A DNA stretch of 37,302 nt from Candidatus Saccharimonadota bacterium. Lineage in GTDB: Bacteria; Patescibacteriota; Saccharimonadia; CAILAD01; BJGX01. This document shows positions 18,545 to 27,139 of the stretch, piece after piece; within the stretch, counting starts at the first letter, position 1, and each line of letters begins with the position of its first letter. A model generated the notes under the pieces. It was given only the letters and a program-made list of their open reading frames with translations. It made no database searches and was not told the origin of the DNA. A program made the translations under genes and the position numbers. The stretch lies in NCBI GenBank assembly GCA_009691435.1, contig SICO01000003.1:1-37302 (forward strand), read 5' to 3'.

Positions 18545-19078
18545 TTATATTTTCTGAAGGTACGCAATTTTGGTGTCGCCGTAATCTTTTTGATGCAATA
18601 CTTTAAATTCCTGCGGAATTCTTAAATTAAACCTTTTTGAACAACTAATAACCAAAATTCCGCCTAATTGTACCAGATTAGAGGCACGTTTGACTAGGTC
18701 ATTACTAAATTCCTCGTAAGGTGGGTCCAAAAAAACAATATCGTAGCTGGTATTGTTTTTTAAAATAAACCTCATAACATCGTCTTTTATAATCTGAACC
18801 GAGCTTAACGCAGCTAGGTTGGTTGCGTTTTGTCGGATAGCCTTAATGGCAGCACTCGAGATATCTACAAATATAACGGCTTTGGCACCATGGCTCAGCG
18901 CCTCGAACCCAAGAGTTCCCCCGCCAGCAAAAAGGTCCACAACTACCTTGCGGTCAACCTCAAGCTTATTAAATATTGCCAATCTAACCTTAGACGACAC
19001 GGCACGAGTGATTGTCTGTGGTGGTAATAAAAGTACTCGGCCCCCATATAAACCCGAGCTAATTTTAGTAGAAATCAT
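18545..19078 (-). CDS. rsmD: 16S rRNA m2G966 methyltransferase (start reassigned to ATG at 19078)
   Basis: ISSGLYGGR, DLFAGGG.LGFEALS.GA, FLDPPY, YGDT; ATGA overlap with the upstream stop; recG neighbourhood. Confidence 0.9.
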   Translation of the reverse strand: MISTKISSGLYGGRVLLLPPQTITRAVSSKVRLAIFNKLEVDRKVVVDLFAGGGTLGFEALSHGAKAVIFVDISSAAIKAIRQNATNLAALSSVQIIKDDVMRFILKNNTSYDIVFLDPPYEEFSNDLVKRASNLVQLGGILVISCSKRFNLRIPQEFKVLHQKDYGDTKIAYLQKI

Positions 19079-19824
19079 TTTTTGGCTGGCTGGTAAGCTT
19101 CCTCGTAGGCACTGAACCAAGCAGCAGCAATAAGCTGTGGTATTCTTTTGACAGTTGTGGCCTTAATAGTTTTAGCAAGCTTAGTACTCCAGCCTCTATC
19201 TAAAAATTTTTCATACATCTGGTGTTTTGAAATTGCTAGGCTCTCGCTTAAGACAACCTCTCTAATGCCATCCTTTTTTATTGCCAAGAGCAGGTTGTTA
19301 TCAAATTTTACTTTGATACTTGTAAATAATATGGCACTGCTAATGCCAGCTTCGAAAGCTACGTGGCTACTTAGCAAGCCTTTACGGCCATAAATCTTCC
19401 ATCGCCTACGGTATTTTTTACCTTCATACTCTTCAAGAATAAATTTGTGGCTCAAATGATGAGCGGGGGTTAAGCTATCGGTCAAAAAGTGAGCCATAAA
19501 ACCTGCTTCAAAAGCCGCCTTGGCCTCATCCCCGGCCCGCAGGGCCTTAACTAGGTTTTTATAGTGGACTTCTATCCAGTGCGGTAAATGACCAATTTTA
19601 TTAACGGGGTCCCATAGGTGATCTGTCGAATAGTTGCCCTTAAATTTCAACCCATCTGGGCCGCCTGAACCTTCAAATTTAAGTACCATTGAACGTGGCG
19701 GAAACTTACCTTTAGTAACTCTAGTTTTTAGTAAATCGTAAGCTGACCGATCGAATTTTTGGTGAGTTCCTATCGAGTTTAATAATCTACCTTTGGTTAA
19801 GTGGCTAACAAGTCCTGAATTCAT
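19075..19824 (-). CDS. Putative zinc-dependent phospholipase C / S1-P1 nuclease-fold protein
   Basis: Ordered candidate metal ligands GTHQ, GPD, DHLWD, AHFLTDSLTPAHH, HVAFE. Confidence 0.6.
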   Translation of the reverse strand: MNSGLVSHLTKGRLLNSIGTHQKFDRSAYDLLKTRVTKGKFPPRSMVLKFEGSGGPDGLKFKGNYSTDHLWDPVNKIGHLPHWIEVHYKNLVKALRAGDEAKAAFEAGFMAHFLTDSLTPAHHLSHKFILEEYEGKKYRRRWKIYGRKGLLSSHVAFEAGISSAILFTSIKVKFDNNLLLAIKKDGIREVVLSESLAISKHQMYEKFLDRGWSTKLAKTIKATTVKRIPQLIAAAWFSAYEEAYQPAKK

Positions 19825-19834
19825 AATGTTATAA

Positions 19835-21868
19835 CTAGTCGAGTGAAGTTATATTTCTTAAACCATCAACTTTCTCGGCGAGTTGGCTGTATTCTAACAG
19901 ATTATGCTTATTAATAAAAGCCTCCGCTGCCTGTTTTACTTCAGACACCAGCTCGTGGTCAAAGATATTTGCTAGCCTTAAGTTTAATAAGCCATGTTGT
20001 GTGGTGCCATATATTTCTCCCGGACCGCGTGTTTCTAAATCTATTTGAGCGAGCTTAAAGCCATCATTAGTTTTTTCGAGAGCTTCAAGGCGAGTTAACG
20101 AATCGAAATTATCACTTGCTGTAAACAAATAGCAATGCGACTGCTGGCTACCACGGCCGACCCTACCTCGTAATTGGTGCAAGGCTGCTAACCCAAACCG
20201 ATCAGCACCTTCAATTAATATAATGGTCGCATTAGGAACATCAACGCCGACCTCTACAATCGAGGTGGCAACAAGCATATCGATTTTGCCATTTTTAAAA
20301 TTCTCCATAATTTCTGACTTTTCATCTGGCTTTAATTTGCCGTGTATTAAGCCAATCCGGCGATGTTTAAAAACAGTTTTTTGGAGTATTCTAAATTCTC
20401 CCTCTACGCTCTTGGCACCTAATTTATCAGAGTCAGATATTAATGGGCAGACCACATAGGCTTGCTGGCCTTGGTCAATCAAGGTATCAATGTGCTTATA
20501 AACATGGATGCGATCGATATCCTTGACTAACTTGGTAATAATTGGCTTTCTACCTGGCGGCAACTCATTAATTATCGAAACATCTAAATCGCCATAAACT
20601 ACTAAGGCCAGGCTGCGGGGGATTGGGGTAGCGGTCATGGTCAGGACATGAGGCATTGTTTTCGCTTTCCCCTTTAGACTCGAACGCTGGTTAACTCCAA
20701 AACGGTGCTGCTCATCGACCACAACTAAGCCTAAATTATGGTATTGGACATTACTGCCAATAAGCGCGTGGGTGCCTATTATACAATCAACCTCCCCAGA
20801 GCTGATAAGCTTAAGGGCTGTTTCCTTCTCGGCTTTTTTCATATTTGCTATTAGCAGAACTGTTTTGACCCCCATAGCCTGTAAAAGTTTTTGAGAACTC
20901 ATAAAATGCTGGCGGGCTAAAATCTCGGTTGGCACCATGATTGCCGACTGGTAGCTAGCTTGCTTGGTCATGACGCAGGCTAGTAGCGCCACTAATGTTT
21001 TGCCGCTACCGACATCACCTTCAAGCAAGCGGTTCATGGGTACATCCTTGCTGATATCTTGTAGAATTGTATGGGCTACCTTTTTTTGAGAGTTAGTCAG
21101 CCCAAAGCCAAGCAAGGCGACAAACCTCCTGGCAACCTCTGCTTGATATCTTATTAAAACAGCCTTTGAGGTTTTAATGTTCTTTTTTATAACTAGGCCT
21201 GTTAGTACTAACTCAAAAATTTCCTCAAAAGCAATACTGCGCTTTGCGCTAATGAGTTGATTGTGAGTTTTAGCAGTATGTAATAAACAAATTGCAGTTG
21301 ATTTGGGCAAGAGCTTATGAGCTTTAATAATTGCGTGCGGTAAAATATCCTCGAGCTGGTCGCTAACATCAATGCACTGGCTGATTAACTTTCTAATAAT
21401 AGACGAGGATAGATGCTTAGTTTCAGGATAAATCGGGATTATCTCTTGCGCCACTGGCGTAGTAGAAAGTCTTTCAAATGTTGGCGCCTGCAAGCTAACG
21501 TAGCCATTTTTATACTCGTAGTTCCCTCTAAATCGGTACGAATTATTGGCAATCAGAGTCTGCGCCAAATAAGGCTGGTTAAACCATATTGCTTTAACGG
21601 AACCAGTGCTATCGCTTAGGATAGCCTCGGTAATCGTAAGCCGGCGATTACGGTGGCTAATGCGCATTGATACCCTCTCAATTTTAGCTTCAAAGCTCAC
21701 CAGCCCAGGCTGGATACCTTGGATTCTTTTGATAGCTAAATAGGTATCCCACTTGCGGGGATAATAATCTAGTAAATCGCCAATCGTAAAAATACCAGCA
21801 CCAGCTAGCGCTTTTTCTAAGACAGGGCCAACTCCCTTCAGCCTAGAGAGTGAACTTTTAATAGTCAT
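19835..21868 (-). CDS. recG: ATP-dependent DNA helicase RecG
   Basis: GDVGSGKT, DEQHRFGV, MTATPIPRSL, HQLRGRVGRG, RGPGE. Confidence 0.97.
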   Translation of the reverse strand: MTIKSSLSRLKGVGPVLEKALAGAGIFTIGDLLDYYPRKWDTYLAIKRIQGIQPGLVSFEAKIERVSMRISHRNRRLTITEAILSDSTGSVKAIWFNQPYLAQTLIANNSYRFRGNYEYKNGYVSLQAPTFERLSTTPVAQEIIPIYPETKHLSSSIIRKLISQCIDVSDQLEDILPHAIIKAHKLLPKSTAICLLHTAKTHNQLISAKRSIAFEEIFELVLTGLVIKKNIKTSKAVLIRYQAEVARRFVALLGFGLTNSQKKVAHTILQDISKDVPMNRLLEGDVGSGKTLVALLACVMTKQASYQSAIMVPTEILARQHFMSSQKLLQAMGVKTVLLIANMKKAEKETALKLISSGEVDCIIGTHALIGSNVQYHNLGLVVVDEQHRFGVNQRSSLKGKAKTMPHVLTMTATPIPRSLALVVYGDLDVSIINELPPGRKPIITKLVKDIDRIHVYKHIDTLIDQGQQAYVVCPLISDSDKLGAKSVEGEFRILQKTVFKHRRIGLIHGKLKPDEKSEIMENFKNGKIDMLVATSIVEVGVDVPNATIILIEGADRFGLAALHQLRGRVGRGSQQSHCYLFTASDNFDSLTRLEALEKTNDGFKLAQIDLETRGPGEIYGTTQHGLLNLRLANIFDHELVSEVKQAAEAFINKHNLLEYSQLAEKVDGLRNITSLD

Positions 21869-21902
21869 AGCTATATTCTAACACGAACAAAAAACGATAA
21901 TT

Positions 21903-23078
21903 TTAGCTAACCTGAATATTCTTATAGCGCCTTTTGCCCAGCTGTATTAAACAGTTTTTAGTTATCTTATGCTCGACGTCCTTTAATACCTCATCATCAA
22001 TTTTAATTCCGCCTTGAGCTAATAGTCGGCGGGCTTCAGATTTACTTAGATCAAAAGCAAGAGCAACAATACCGACAGCCAAACCTTTTTTAGTTTTAAA
22101 ATTTTCAATATCAGATGGCTTCTCGCCGGCCCTAAACTGATTTTCCCAAGCTTTTTCGGCCTTTAGGGCTGTTCTACTATCGTAGTAGCGAGCAACTACC
22201 GCGCGGGCGAGGCTGGCCTTGGTGTCACGTGGGTTATCGCCGAGCGACATAGTTTTTTCAATCTCGGCAATCAAATCCATCGGCATATCAGTTGCCATCT
22301 TATAGTACGCCGGTATCAGCTCGTCGTGGATGGTCATTACTTTGCCGTACATCTCAAGAGGTTTGTCATCAATGAAAATACAATTCCCCCAAGAAGTGCT
22401 CATTTTGCGCCCATCAGTGCCCTCTAGGATATGAAAAGTCATAATGTTTTGGGGTTCTTGCCCATAGGCTTTTTGCACGGTTCGGCCCGCTAACATATTA
22501 AATAGCTGGTCAGTACCTCCGACTTCTAGGTCAGTTTTCATCTGCACACTATCATAGCCTTGCAGCAAGGCATAGAGTGTTTCGTGTAAACCAACCGGCT
22601 TATTAGCCTCTATCCGCTTGGCGTAATTCTCGCGCTCAATCATTTGCTGAATCGTAAATAAGCTAGTGAGCTTAAAAAACTCATCTAGGCGCATCTTTTC
22701 AAACCAATCACCATTATGAAACATTTCTACCTTGTCCATATCAAGAATCTTTGAAAGCTGGACATGATAACTCTTGAAGTCCTCGGCCACTTCTTCTTTG
22801 GATAGCATCTTGCGCTCCGAGAGCTTATCGGATGAATCGCCAATCTGTGCCGTAAAAGTACCAGCCACGAATGTTACCTGATGGCCTAAATCCTGAAACT
22901 GACGGAGCTTCCAGAGGACTCCGGCGTGCCCGATGTGCAACCTGGCGCCAGTTGGATCAATACCGAGCTTAATGCGTAATTTCTTACCACTTTTTAGTTT
23001 TTTCTCTAGTTCACTGCGCACAATTAAGTCTTCTACATTGCGCGTCAACAAATCGTTTAGTATATCTTTAGATTTCAT
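21903..23078 (-). CDS. tyrS: Tyrosine--tRNA ligase
   Basis: KLGIDPT, HIGH, LQGYD, GGTDQLFN, KMSTS, C-terminal S4-like domain. Confidence 0.97.
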   Translation of the reverse strand: MKSKDILNDLLTRNVEDLIVRSELEKKLKSGKKLRIKLGIDPTGARLHIGHAGVLWKLRQFQDLGHQVTFVAGTFTAQIGDSSDKLSERKMLSKEEVAEDFKSYHVQLSKILDMDKVEMFHNGDWFEKMRLDEFFKLTSLFTIQQMIERENYAKRIEANKPVGLHETLYALLQGYDSVQMKTDLEVGGTDQLFNMLAGRTVQKAYGQEPQNIMTFHILEGTDGRKMSTSWGNCIFIDDKPLEMYGKVMTIHDELIPAYYKMATDMPMDLIAEIEKTMSLGDNPRDTKASLARAVVARYYDSRTALKAEKAWENQFRAGEKPSDIENFKTKKGLAVGIVALAFDLSKSEARRLLAQGGIKIDDEVLKDVEHKITKNCLIQLGKRRYKNIQVS

Positions 23079-23131
23079 ATTTTCCTCTAATAGTTAGTTA
23101 ATAAACAAATAATTTGCGGCTGAAGCAAGAA

Positions 23132-23188
23132 TCAGCCTTTAGGATACCGGCAATAGTAGTTCAATTTATTTGTTATTAATAAAGTCAT
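23132..23188 (-). CDS. Putative tyrS leader peptide, 18 aa, MTLLITNKLNYYCRYPKG
   Basis: Manual translation; three Tyr codons (TAC TAT, TAT); starts 9 nt after TGC-TATAAT; stop codon lies in the 5' arm of hairpin GGCTGA-8nt-TCAGCC. Confidence 0.55.
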   Translation of the reverse strand: MTLLITNKLNYYCRYPKG

Positions 23189-23197
23189 ATCTGTCAC

Positions 23198-23206
23198 ATT
23201 ATAGCA
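23198..23206 (-). promoter_or_regulatory. Extended -10 promoter for the tyrS leader
   Basis: TGC-TATAAT. Confidence 0.6.
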
Positions 23207-23258
23207 ATAATAGCGTTATATTGTAATCATACTTATGAATAATTTATTAACCAAGTCG

Positions 23259-23267
23259 TGATATAAT
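23259..23267 (+). promoter_or_regulatory. Extended -10 promoter for the PBP gene (divergent from tyrS)
   Basis: TGA-TATAAT 16 nt upstream of ATG 23284. Confidence 0.55.
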
Positions 23268-23283
23268 TTAATTTAATAAAGTC

Positions 23284-26121
23284 ATGGCAAAAAAACGCAC
23301 TAAGAAGTCAGCCAATTCGGCCCGTAGAATAGTCCGACATTCTACATCGGCTAGAAAGCGCAAATCATCTCCAGTAACCCCTCGAGCAAGAGGGCTTGCT
23401 AGGTTTCATTATAAAAATATCATTAGGGTCCTAACTACAAAAAAAGCCCTAAAAATTTATGGTGTCAGCATGGCAATTGGTGTACTGCTAGTAGCTGCGT
23501 TATTTTTATGGTTTGCTAAAGATTTACCAAGCCCTAATAAAATCAATTCTAGAGTAAGCGCACAAACTACCAAGATATACGATAGAACCGGCGAGAACCT
23601 ACTAATCGAAGTTTATGGGGATAAAAATAGAAGTATTATTGAATTTAACCAAATGCCACAATGCATCAAGGATGCCACGGTTGCCCTAGAAGATAAAAAT
23701 TTTTATAAGCAGGGAGCCTTTAGCCCAGCTGGTATTGCTAGAGCCTTCTCGGGAGTAATTTTTAAGGATCCCAGCAAAGGCGGCGGCTCAACTATTACCC
23801 AGCAATATGTCAAAAATGCCCTACTCACAAATGAAAGAACATTCACTAGAAAAATTAAGGAACTAATTTTATCAATCCAAATGGAACAACTGTATAAAAA
23901 GGATGATATTTTAAAACTATACCTTAATGAGATACCCTACGGGTCAACCGCCTATGGTATTCAGGCTGCATCTAAACAATACTTTGGTGTTGATGCAAAG
24001 GATTTAAGCTTAGCCCAGTGTGTTACGCTGGCCAGCCTTCCACAGGCCCCCACCTATTACTCTCCGTACGGGCAAAATAAACAGGTTCTACTAGATAAAA
24101 AGGATCATGTACTAGACTTGATGGTTGAACAGGGCTATCTCAAGAAAGAGGCAGCCGAAGAGGCCAAAACGGTCGATGTACTTGCTCAACTAAAGCCATA
24201 CAATCCCTATGCCAATATACAAGCTCCTCACTTTGTCCAATATGTTAGGGAGAAATTGGAAGAAAAATATGGCATTAAAAGAGTTAATGAAGGTGGGTTT
24301 AAAGTAATTTCAACTATTGACTTGCCAAAACAAAAGCTCGCCGAGGAAATCGTTGCAAAAAACATTAATTCTGTTAGAAACTATGGCGGTAGCAATGCAG
24401 CATTAGTCTCAGCCGATCCTAATAATGGTCAAATAATATCAATGGTTGGTAGCTATGACGCCAATGACCCTGATTTTGGTAGCTTTAATGTAGCGGTCGC
24501 CTTAAGGCAACCAGGGTCATCCATTAAGCCAATTGTTTATGCCAACTTATTCAAAAAAAATTGGGGGGCTGGTAGTACGCTATATGATGTCAAAACTGAT
24601 TTTGGAGGTATACCAGCCTATGTGCCTAGGAATTATACCAATCAATTCTATGGGGTTCAGTCGGTCAGAACTGCACTAGCTAGCTCCCTTAATATCCCCG
24701 CTGTTAAGGCCTTATACCTAGGTGGAATCCCAGAATTTATCGGTACCGCCAAGGATATGGGGATAACAACTTACAATAACCCCATAGATGAATATGGCTT
24801 GAGTATGGCGCTAGGGGCTGGCGAAGTCAAAATGGTGGATATGGCAAATGCTTTTTCGGCTTTCCCAACCAATGGCCAGCACCACGACCAAGTCTACTGG
24901 CTAAAAATTACCGATGGCTCTGGGAAGGTGATAGATGACAACACCAAAACAGATGATAAGAAACCTAAACAGGTCTTAGACCCCCAGATAGCCTATCAGA
25001 TAAATAGCATTATGTCTGATAACTCGGCACGCTGTAGCCTAGGCGTATTCGGCTGTAATAATCCCCTCACACTACCTGGTAAAACTGTAGCCTCTAAAAC
25101 TGGTACATCTGAAGAATATCGTGATGCCTGGACTATTGGGTTCACCAAGCGAGTTATTACTGTTGTCTGGGCTGGCAATAATGATAATGCGCCGATGGCT
25201 CAAGCTGCTAGTATTGTTTCTGCCCCAATTTGGAACCAGTATATGCGGGAGGTAACTAAAGATGACCCTAACGAGCAATGGGATAAGCCAAATGGCATTA
25301 AACAAGAGACTATTGACGCTAATACTGGTAAATCGCTGATTGAAGGCTCTAGACCCAGAACTGATATCTTCTCTAGCTGGTACCGCGTAGAGCCAGCTAA
25401 AAATTCACAGAAAGCCACCATTGATATAGTGTCGGGTAAGCTTGCAACTGATTGTACCCCCGCTGGTGCTAGAAAGGAGATTACTGGCTCACTTATAACT
25501 GCCGAGGTACTCCCGACTGATCCCTCCTACCCTAGGTGGAACCCTCCTGTTCAGTCTCTTGCTAGGACATTAGGATATGCGCAGGGCGGGAGTATCCCAT
25601 CTGAAAAAGATGATGTGCATCAGTGTGGAGACCCTCAGCCAGTAGTTTCAATTAGCACCTCTCCGACAACTGGCAGTACTTTTACTATTACTGCCTCTAC
25701 CACCCAAGGCAAATTCCCAATTAGCAATGTCGTGTTTTATATGGATGGTAGTGTGCTAACTACTAAATACGGCGCTGGGCCAACCTTTACAGCTACGGCT
25801 ACGCCATCGGCAGGTAATCATAGTTTTAGTGCCGTAGCAACAGACTCGGGCTACTATACCGGGACTAGCAATACAGCCTCGGTTACCGCGACAGGGGCCG
25901 GTGGGGCAAATTTAAGCTGCTTGGGAAGTACTTGTGACTTTACTTACACACTAGGCGCATTTAGCGTCCAACTACACGTGGGTGGTTCGCCGTTTGGCCT
26001 GGCCCAAGAGGTCTCCCCAGCTAATTGGACCAGTACCGGCTGGAATGGAGTTTCTGGTAGTAGTTCCAATCTTTATGCCAGGCTCAATACTGGTGGTGGC
26101 CCACAAACGATTTACCCTTAG
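23284..26121 (+). CDS. Class A penicillin-binding protein (transglycosylase-transpeptidase) with C-terminal Ig-like region
   Basis: Basic N-tail plus TM helix; EDKNFY, GGSTITQQYVKN, RKIKE; SSIK (SxxK), SLN (SxN), KTG; Thr/Ser/Gly-rich beta tail. Confidence 0.95.
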   Translation: MAKKRTKKSANSARRIVRHSTSARKRKSSPVTPRARGLARFHYKNIIRVLTTKKALKIYGVSMAIGVLLVAALFLWFAKDLPSPNKINSRVSAQTTKIYDRTGENLLIEVYGDKNRSIIEFNQMPQCIKDATVALEDKNFYKQGAFSPAGIARAFSGVIFKDPSKGGGSTITQQYVKNALLTNERTFTRKIKELILSIQMEQLYKKDDILKLYLNEIPYGSTAYGIQAASKQYFGVDAKDLSLAQCVTLASLPQAPTYYSPYGQNKQVLLDKKDHVLDLMVEQGYLKKEAAEEAKTVDVLAQLKPYNPYANIQAPHFVQYVREKLEEKYGIKRVNEGGFKVISTIDLPKQKLAEEIVAKNINSVRNYGGSNAALVSADPNNGQIISMVGSYDANDPDFGSFNVAVALRQPGSSIKPIVYANLFKKNWGAGSTLYDVKTDFGGIPAYVPRNYTNQFYGVQSVRTALASSLNIPAVKALYLGGIPEFIGTAKDMGITTYNNPIDEYGLSMALGAGEVKMVDMANAFSAFPTNGQHHDQVYWLKITDGSGKVIDDNTKTDDKKPKQVLDPQIAYQINSIMSDNSARCSLGVFGCNNPLTLPGKTVASKTGTSEEYRDAWTIGFTKRVITVVWAGNNDNAPMAQAASIVSAPIWNQYMREVTKDDPNEQWDKPNGIKQETIDANTGKSLIEGSRPRTDIFSSWYRVEPAKNSQKATIDIVSGKLATDCTPAGARKEITGSLITAEVLPTDPSYPRWNPPVQSLARTLGYAQGGSIPSEKDDVHQCGDPQPVVSISTSPTTGSTFTITASTTQGKFPISNVVFYMDGSVLTTKYGAGPTFTATATPSAGNHSFSAVATDSGYYTGTSNTASVTATGAGGANLSCLGSTCDFTYTLGAFSVQLHVGGSPFGLAQEVSPANWTSTGWNGVSGSSSNLYARLNTGGGPQTIYP

Positions 26122-26144
26122 CGTTGCTAAATACTATTGACTGG

Positions 26145-27128
26145 CTATGTTTTTTTCTGATGTCTATTATAGCTATGTGGTTTTTTAGCTTTTGCTATCT
26201 TAGGTTTGCTATTTTTAGGAGTAGCAAAAATCATCTTGCCAGCCACTGTTTGAAATATCCTAGTAACTTCACACTCTACATCTTTACCAATTAACTTATC
26301 ACCACCGTCTACTACAATCATTGTACCGTCTGGTAAATAGCCTACTCCTTGGCCTTTCTCTTTGCCAGACTGCACAACATTAACACTCATAATCTCGCCC
26401 GGCAATACTACTGCTCTAATAGCATTAGCAAGCTCATTAATATTGAGTATTTTAACTCCTTCAATTGTAGCAACTCGGTTCAGATTATAATCTGTAGTGA
26501 GGATACTGGCACGGTGTTTTTTAGCTAAATAAACTAACTTATGATCAACTTCTTTAACAGCTACTGGGTCATCTTCAATAATCTCTAACTCCAGGCCATC
26601 ATTAAGCCTTAGCTCATTTAAAATTTCTAAACCTCTACGCCCTCGCCCTCTACGCAAGGGGTCCTCGCTATCGGCAATATTTTGCAGTTCTGCCAAGACA
26701 AATCTTGGCACTATTAATGTTCCAGGGATAAACCCGCTAGCTACAATATCACCAATTCTACCATCAATAATTGCAGAAGTATCAACTAATATTCTAGAAT
26801 CATTTTTATTAATTTTAAGGGGTTTTAGCTTGTCATGCTTTGGATTTTTAACACTTTTTTTAGGTATCAGATTATCCAAAAAATCATGTTTAGAATAAAA
26901 AACCACTGCCAATGCTACTGACAAGACAACTGTTATAGTAATCGGCAAATACTGCTTGTACGGTTCAGATAGAGCAGACAATGGTATTGCCAATAAAGAA
27001 CCAATTAAACTGCCAAGTAGTGCCCCTATGACTACTAGAATTAACTTTTGTGCACTTAATTGTGCCAGGCGGTAGGCTAAAATAGACACAACCAATGCAA
27101 CTACCAGAATAATTTCTACAACTAACAT
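26145..27128 (-). CDS. Membrane PIN/TRAM domain protein (YacL-like)
   Basis: N-terminal TM segments; VDTSAIIDGRI, RGRRGL, TTDYNLN, GVGYLPDGTMIVV; follows radA. Confidence 0.93.
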   Translation of the reverse strand: MLVVEIILVVALVVSILAYRLAQLSAQKLILVVIGALLGSLIGSLLAIPLSALSEPYKQYLPITITVVLSVALAVVFYSKHDFLDNLIPKKSVKNPKHDKLKPLKINKNDSRILVDTSAIIDGRIGDIVASGFIPGTLIVPRFVLAELQNIADSEDPLRRGRGRRGLEILNELRLNDGLELEIIEDDPVAVKEVDHKLVYLAKKHRASILTTDYNLNRVATIEGVKILNINELANAIRAVVLPGEIMSVNVVQSGKEKGQGVGYLPDGTMIVVDGGDKLIGKDVECEVTRIFQTVAGKMIFATPKNSKPKIAKAKKPHSYNRHQKKT

Positions 27129-27139
27129 AAATATTTCCT

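Noticed and set aside
18306-18606. Two plus-strand ORFs of 70-71 aa
   Set aside because: They are the reverse complement of tRNA-Leu and its terminator
5298-19077. Genetic code 25 (UGA = Gly)
   Set aside because: TGA acts as a stop for rpoC and for the gene overlapping rsmD, and all core genes are full length under code 11
23079-23200. T-box riboswitch upstream of tyrS
   Set aside because: Leader is only about 115 nt, with no GGUGGNACC T-box and no stem I motifs
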